NCBI GenBank assembly: GCA_013239625.1
Contig: MU054187.1
Span: 8,032,358 to 8,096,357, forward strand
DNA: 64,000 bases
Direction: 5' to 3'
Source: Lama guanicoe
Taxonomy: Eukaryota
Numbering within the stretch: the stretch's first letter is position 1; every line of letters starts with the position of its first letter. Positions 61,714-64,000 of this stretch are shown here, piece after piece. The translations under genes were made by a program, and so were the position numbers. A model generated the notes under the pieces. That model was not told the origin of the DNA, ran no database searches, and worked only from the letters and a program-made list of their open reading frames with translations.

Positions 61714-64000
61714 ACTGTGGAAAACAAAAGGAGACAGTTTAATGGAGAATTTTAAGTTTATTTTAAATCATTCTGTACCTGGTGACCACATTGATGAAAT
61801 GAGTAGAATATAAAAATAATGATAGGAGGAATAAATCAGTTAAAATGTTATCCCAAGAAATCCAAATGTTTTCATCTCTCTGTGCTCCTATTCAAACCTT
61901 ACTAGCAAAAATGATTGAGGGTTAGACCTGAGTAATTCCACATGAAAATAAATGTTTTACATTGTTTGTGGAGCTTTCATTGTATAGTAGACATTGTGTT
62001 GAAATCTCCTTATATTCGATTTTTAAGGATAAAAATAGGAGCCATTAACTTAGATCAAACAATGTGGAATAGAGTTAGGAGAGAAACCAAGGCTCTATTT
62101 CACCATTTTTTCATTTTTCAAAATCATATAGTCTATAAATATTCCATTTGGCTTAAAAAAGGTGATTATTTCTTTCTACTCAACTTCCATACTACTTTTT
62201 GTGGAAAAAGTAATTTTTCCACTACAGACTTCTGTACAGATTTCTGGGGCCTATTTTTTAAGGAGGCACAAAATAACTTTATTTAATGAGAATTTGTTTA
62301 ATCATCCCCAGTGTAAGGCCTAAATCTTGGGTTATGTGACAGAAAAAAAATACTGAAGAATGGTTCTCCAAATTCTAAGAATATGAAAGTTTTCAGTCCA
62401 TCTAAGAGATAAGAGATCCAAGTAGAAATGAATGGGAAAATACGGTAAATGTGGCTGAGCTTTTGCCAGAATAAACCCAAAGGAAAACAAAGGAGAAATA
62501 ATCATAGACGTTTCAGCACTGGAAGGGATTTATAAAAATCATCTAGCCACTTGCCCAGAATAGAAACTTTATTATTGCAGACAGCTGCATGAACAGTAGT
62601 CCTGACTCTTGGTAGGTACTCAGTGGTAAATATGTGTTGAATGAATGAATAAGTAAACAGATTTTTTTTTGGTATGGTCATTTACTTGTCTTCATTTGCC
62701 ATCCTTTTATTTATTTGAGGCTATGAGTACATTAACTAATTCTTCCTTTGAAAGCTGCCAAATTTTTCCCCCTTAATTCTTAACTTGGAGCATCCATTCT
62801 TTTTTTTTTCCCCCACGTAGGAGCACTTTGGTATATAACATTCCAGAGAGTTTTAAAAGGTTAAATATCAGCCCAAACAAGACAGGCATGGCCACCACCT
62901 CATTTATCTTTTAAAAATAAAACTAGTATAATTCAATAAATCAGTTTCATTAATAGCATCTTAAGTGAATCTCTCTTTTGGAATTATCTTCTTGATCTCT
63001 TACTCCCAATGATTTTACTTGGTAAGTCAAATCTGTACCAAGTTCCATCTTGGAATAACAAATCAGAATTTTAAAATACTTTTAGTAGAACAACATGCTA
63101 GGGTATCTGGAAGTGGACCACATAACCTCTAGCTTGCTGTATCTTTTAACTGCTCTTATTCTGAGCTGAATGTTCTTCTGCATGTTATGCTGGTTACAAA
63201 GAACTGAAGGTGAAGAGGAAAAATAGCAAAGGGCCTCCTTGAGAAAGAACAGAGGAGAAAATTAACTAAGGAAAATCAAAAATAAGAATTACATAGAAAA
63301 AAAACAATTACAAAGTCATTAGTGTTGCCTTACTACGAGTCGAAGTTTTAAAAAAATAGCGAATACTTCATACTTCTGTAAATAAATGCATAGCAGGATC
63401 CTATTCTGGCAGACCCGAAATATGGGGTAAGTAATTAACCTTCAGGCTGTCAGAACTGATACACAGTCATCATCATTGTATCTCCAGTGGTATAAACCCC
63501 AAAGGAAAACATAATTCTTGTTGCTGTCACTCTCATTTGTGGCCCCAAATCTCACAAAGTTTTTTTCTGCTCCTTTTTCAATGCAGAATGCTGCCTATGA
63601 AATTGATTTTTGTAGAATAATAAGCCAGCTGAAATGTCTTCTGAATGATAACATTTCCAAGTCCAGATTTAGGTATCACATCATTGCATACTGAAATGCA
63701 ATTCGTATGTTCTACCGATCAGTTGAGACATTTTCTAAATTCTTATGGCTGGTTGACATACATTCAAAATAATTATCATGGGATTCTTAGTAACTGAACA
63801 CTAAACTGATAACTGACATCCAGCATATAAAAGTTATGCATTTTAGGCATCAATTCTCACCATACGTATTTCTCAGCTTTAAATGATTAAAAAAAAATTA
63901 TAAATCCCCAAATTATCTTTATAAATTTGCTCTTCACACTGGGTATAGAGAGGGTTGAATAAATAAAATCCCAATATTTACTGGGAATAAATCATTAATT

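Noticed and set aside
1..64000. ORF-track entries as genes; prokaryotic-type systems (CRISPR, operons, defence islands)
   Set aside because: All ORFs are under 190 aa, many use non-ATG starts, and many fall in repeats or low-complexity DNA. There is no regularly spaced repeat-spacer array. The DNA is mammalian and repeat-rich.

Overview
AT-rich, CpG-depleted mammalian nuclear DNA. It is most likely from a camelid, judged from two tRNA-derived SINEs of the Vic-1 type and a young L1 3' end. The window reads as a long intron or intergenic interval. A large part of it is recognisable transposable-element debris: L1 and L2 LINEs, MIR SINEs, MaLR/ERVL/ERV1 solo LTRs, hAT DNA-transposon relics and microsatellites. 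I recognise no cellular protein-coding gene, RNA gene, CRISPR array or prokaryotic system. The only ORFs in the track with a recognisable product are LINE-1 ORF2 fragments. The best-supported observations are retrotransposition footprints: a twin-primed 5'-inverted L1, a multi-layer L1 nest with target-site duplications (TSDs), an LTR inside an LTR, and a microhomology-bounded tandem duplication. More speculative are a phase-consistent chain of small minus-strand exon candidates, several hairpins in unique sequence, and CpG-retaining enhancer-like patches. I found no convincing novel biological system. Repeat family names come from recall of consensus sequences, and boundaries of old elements are approximate.
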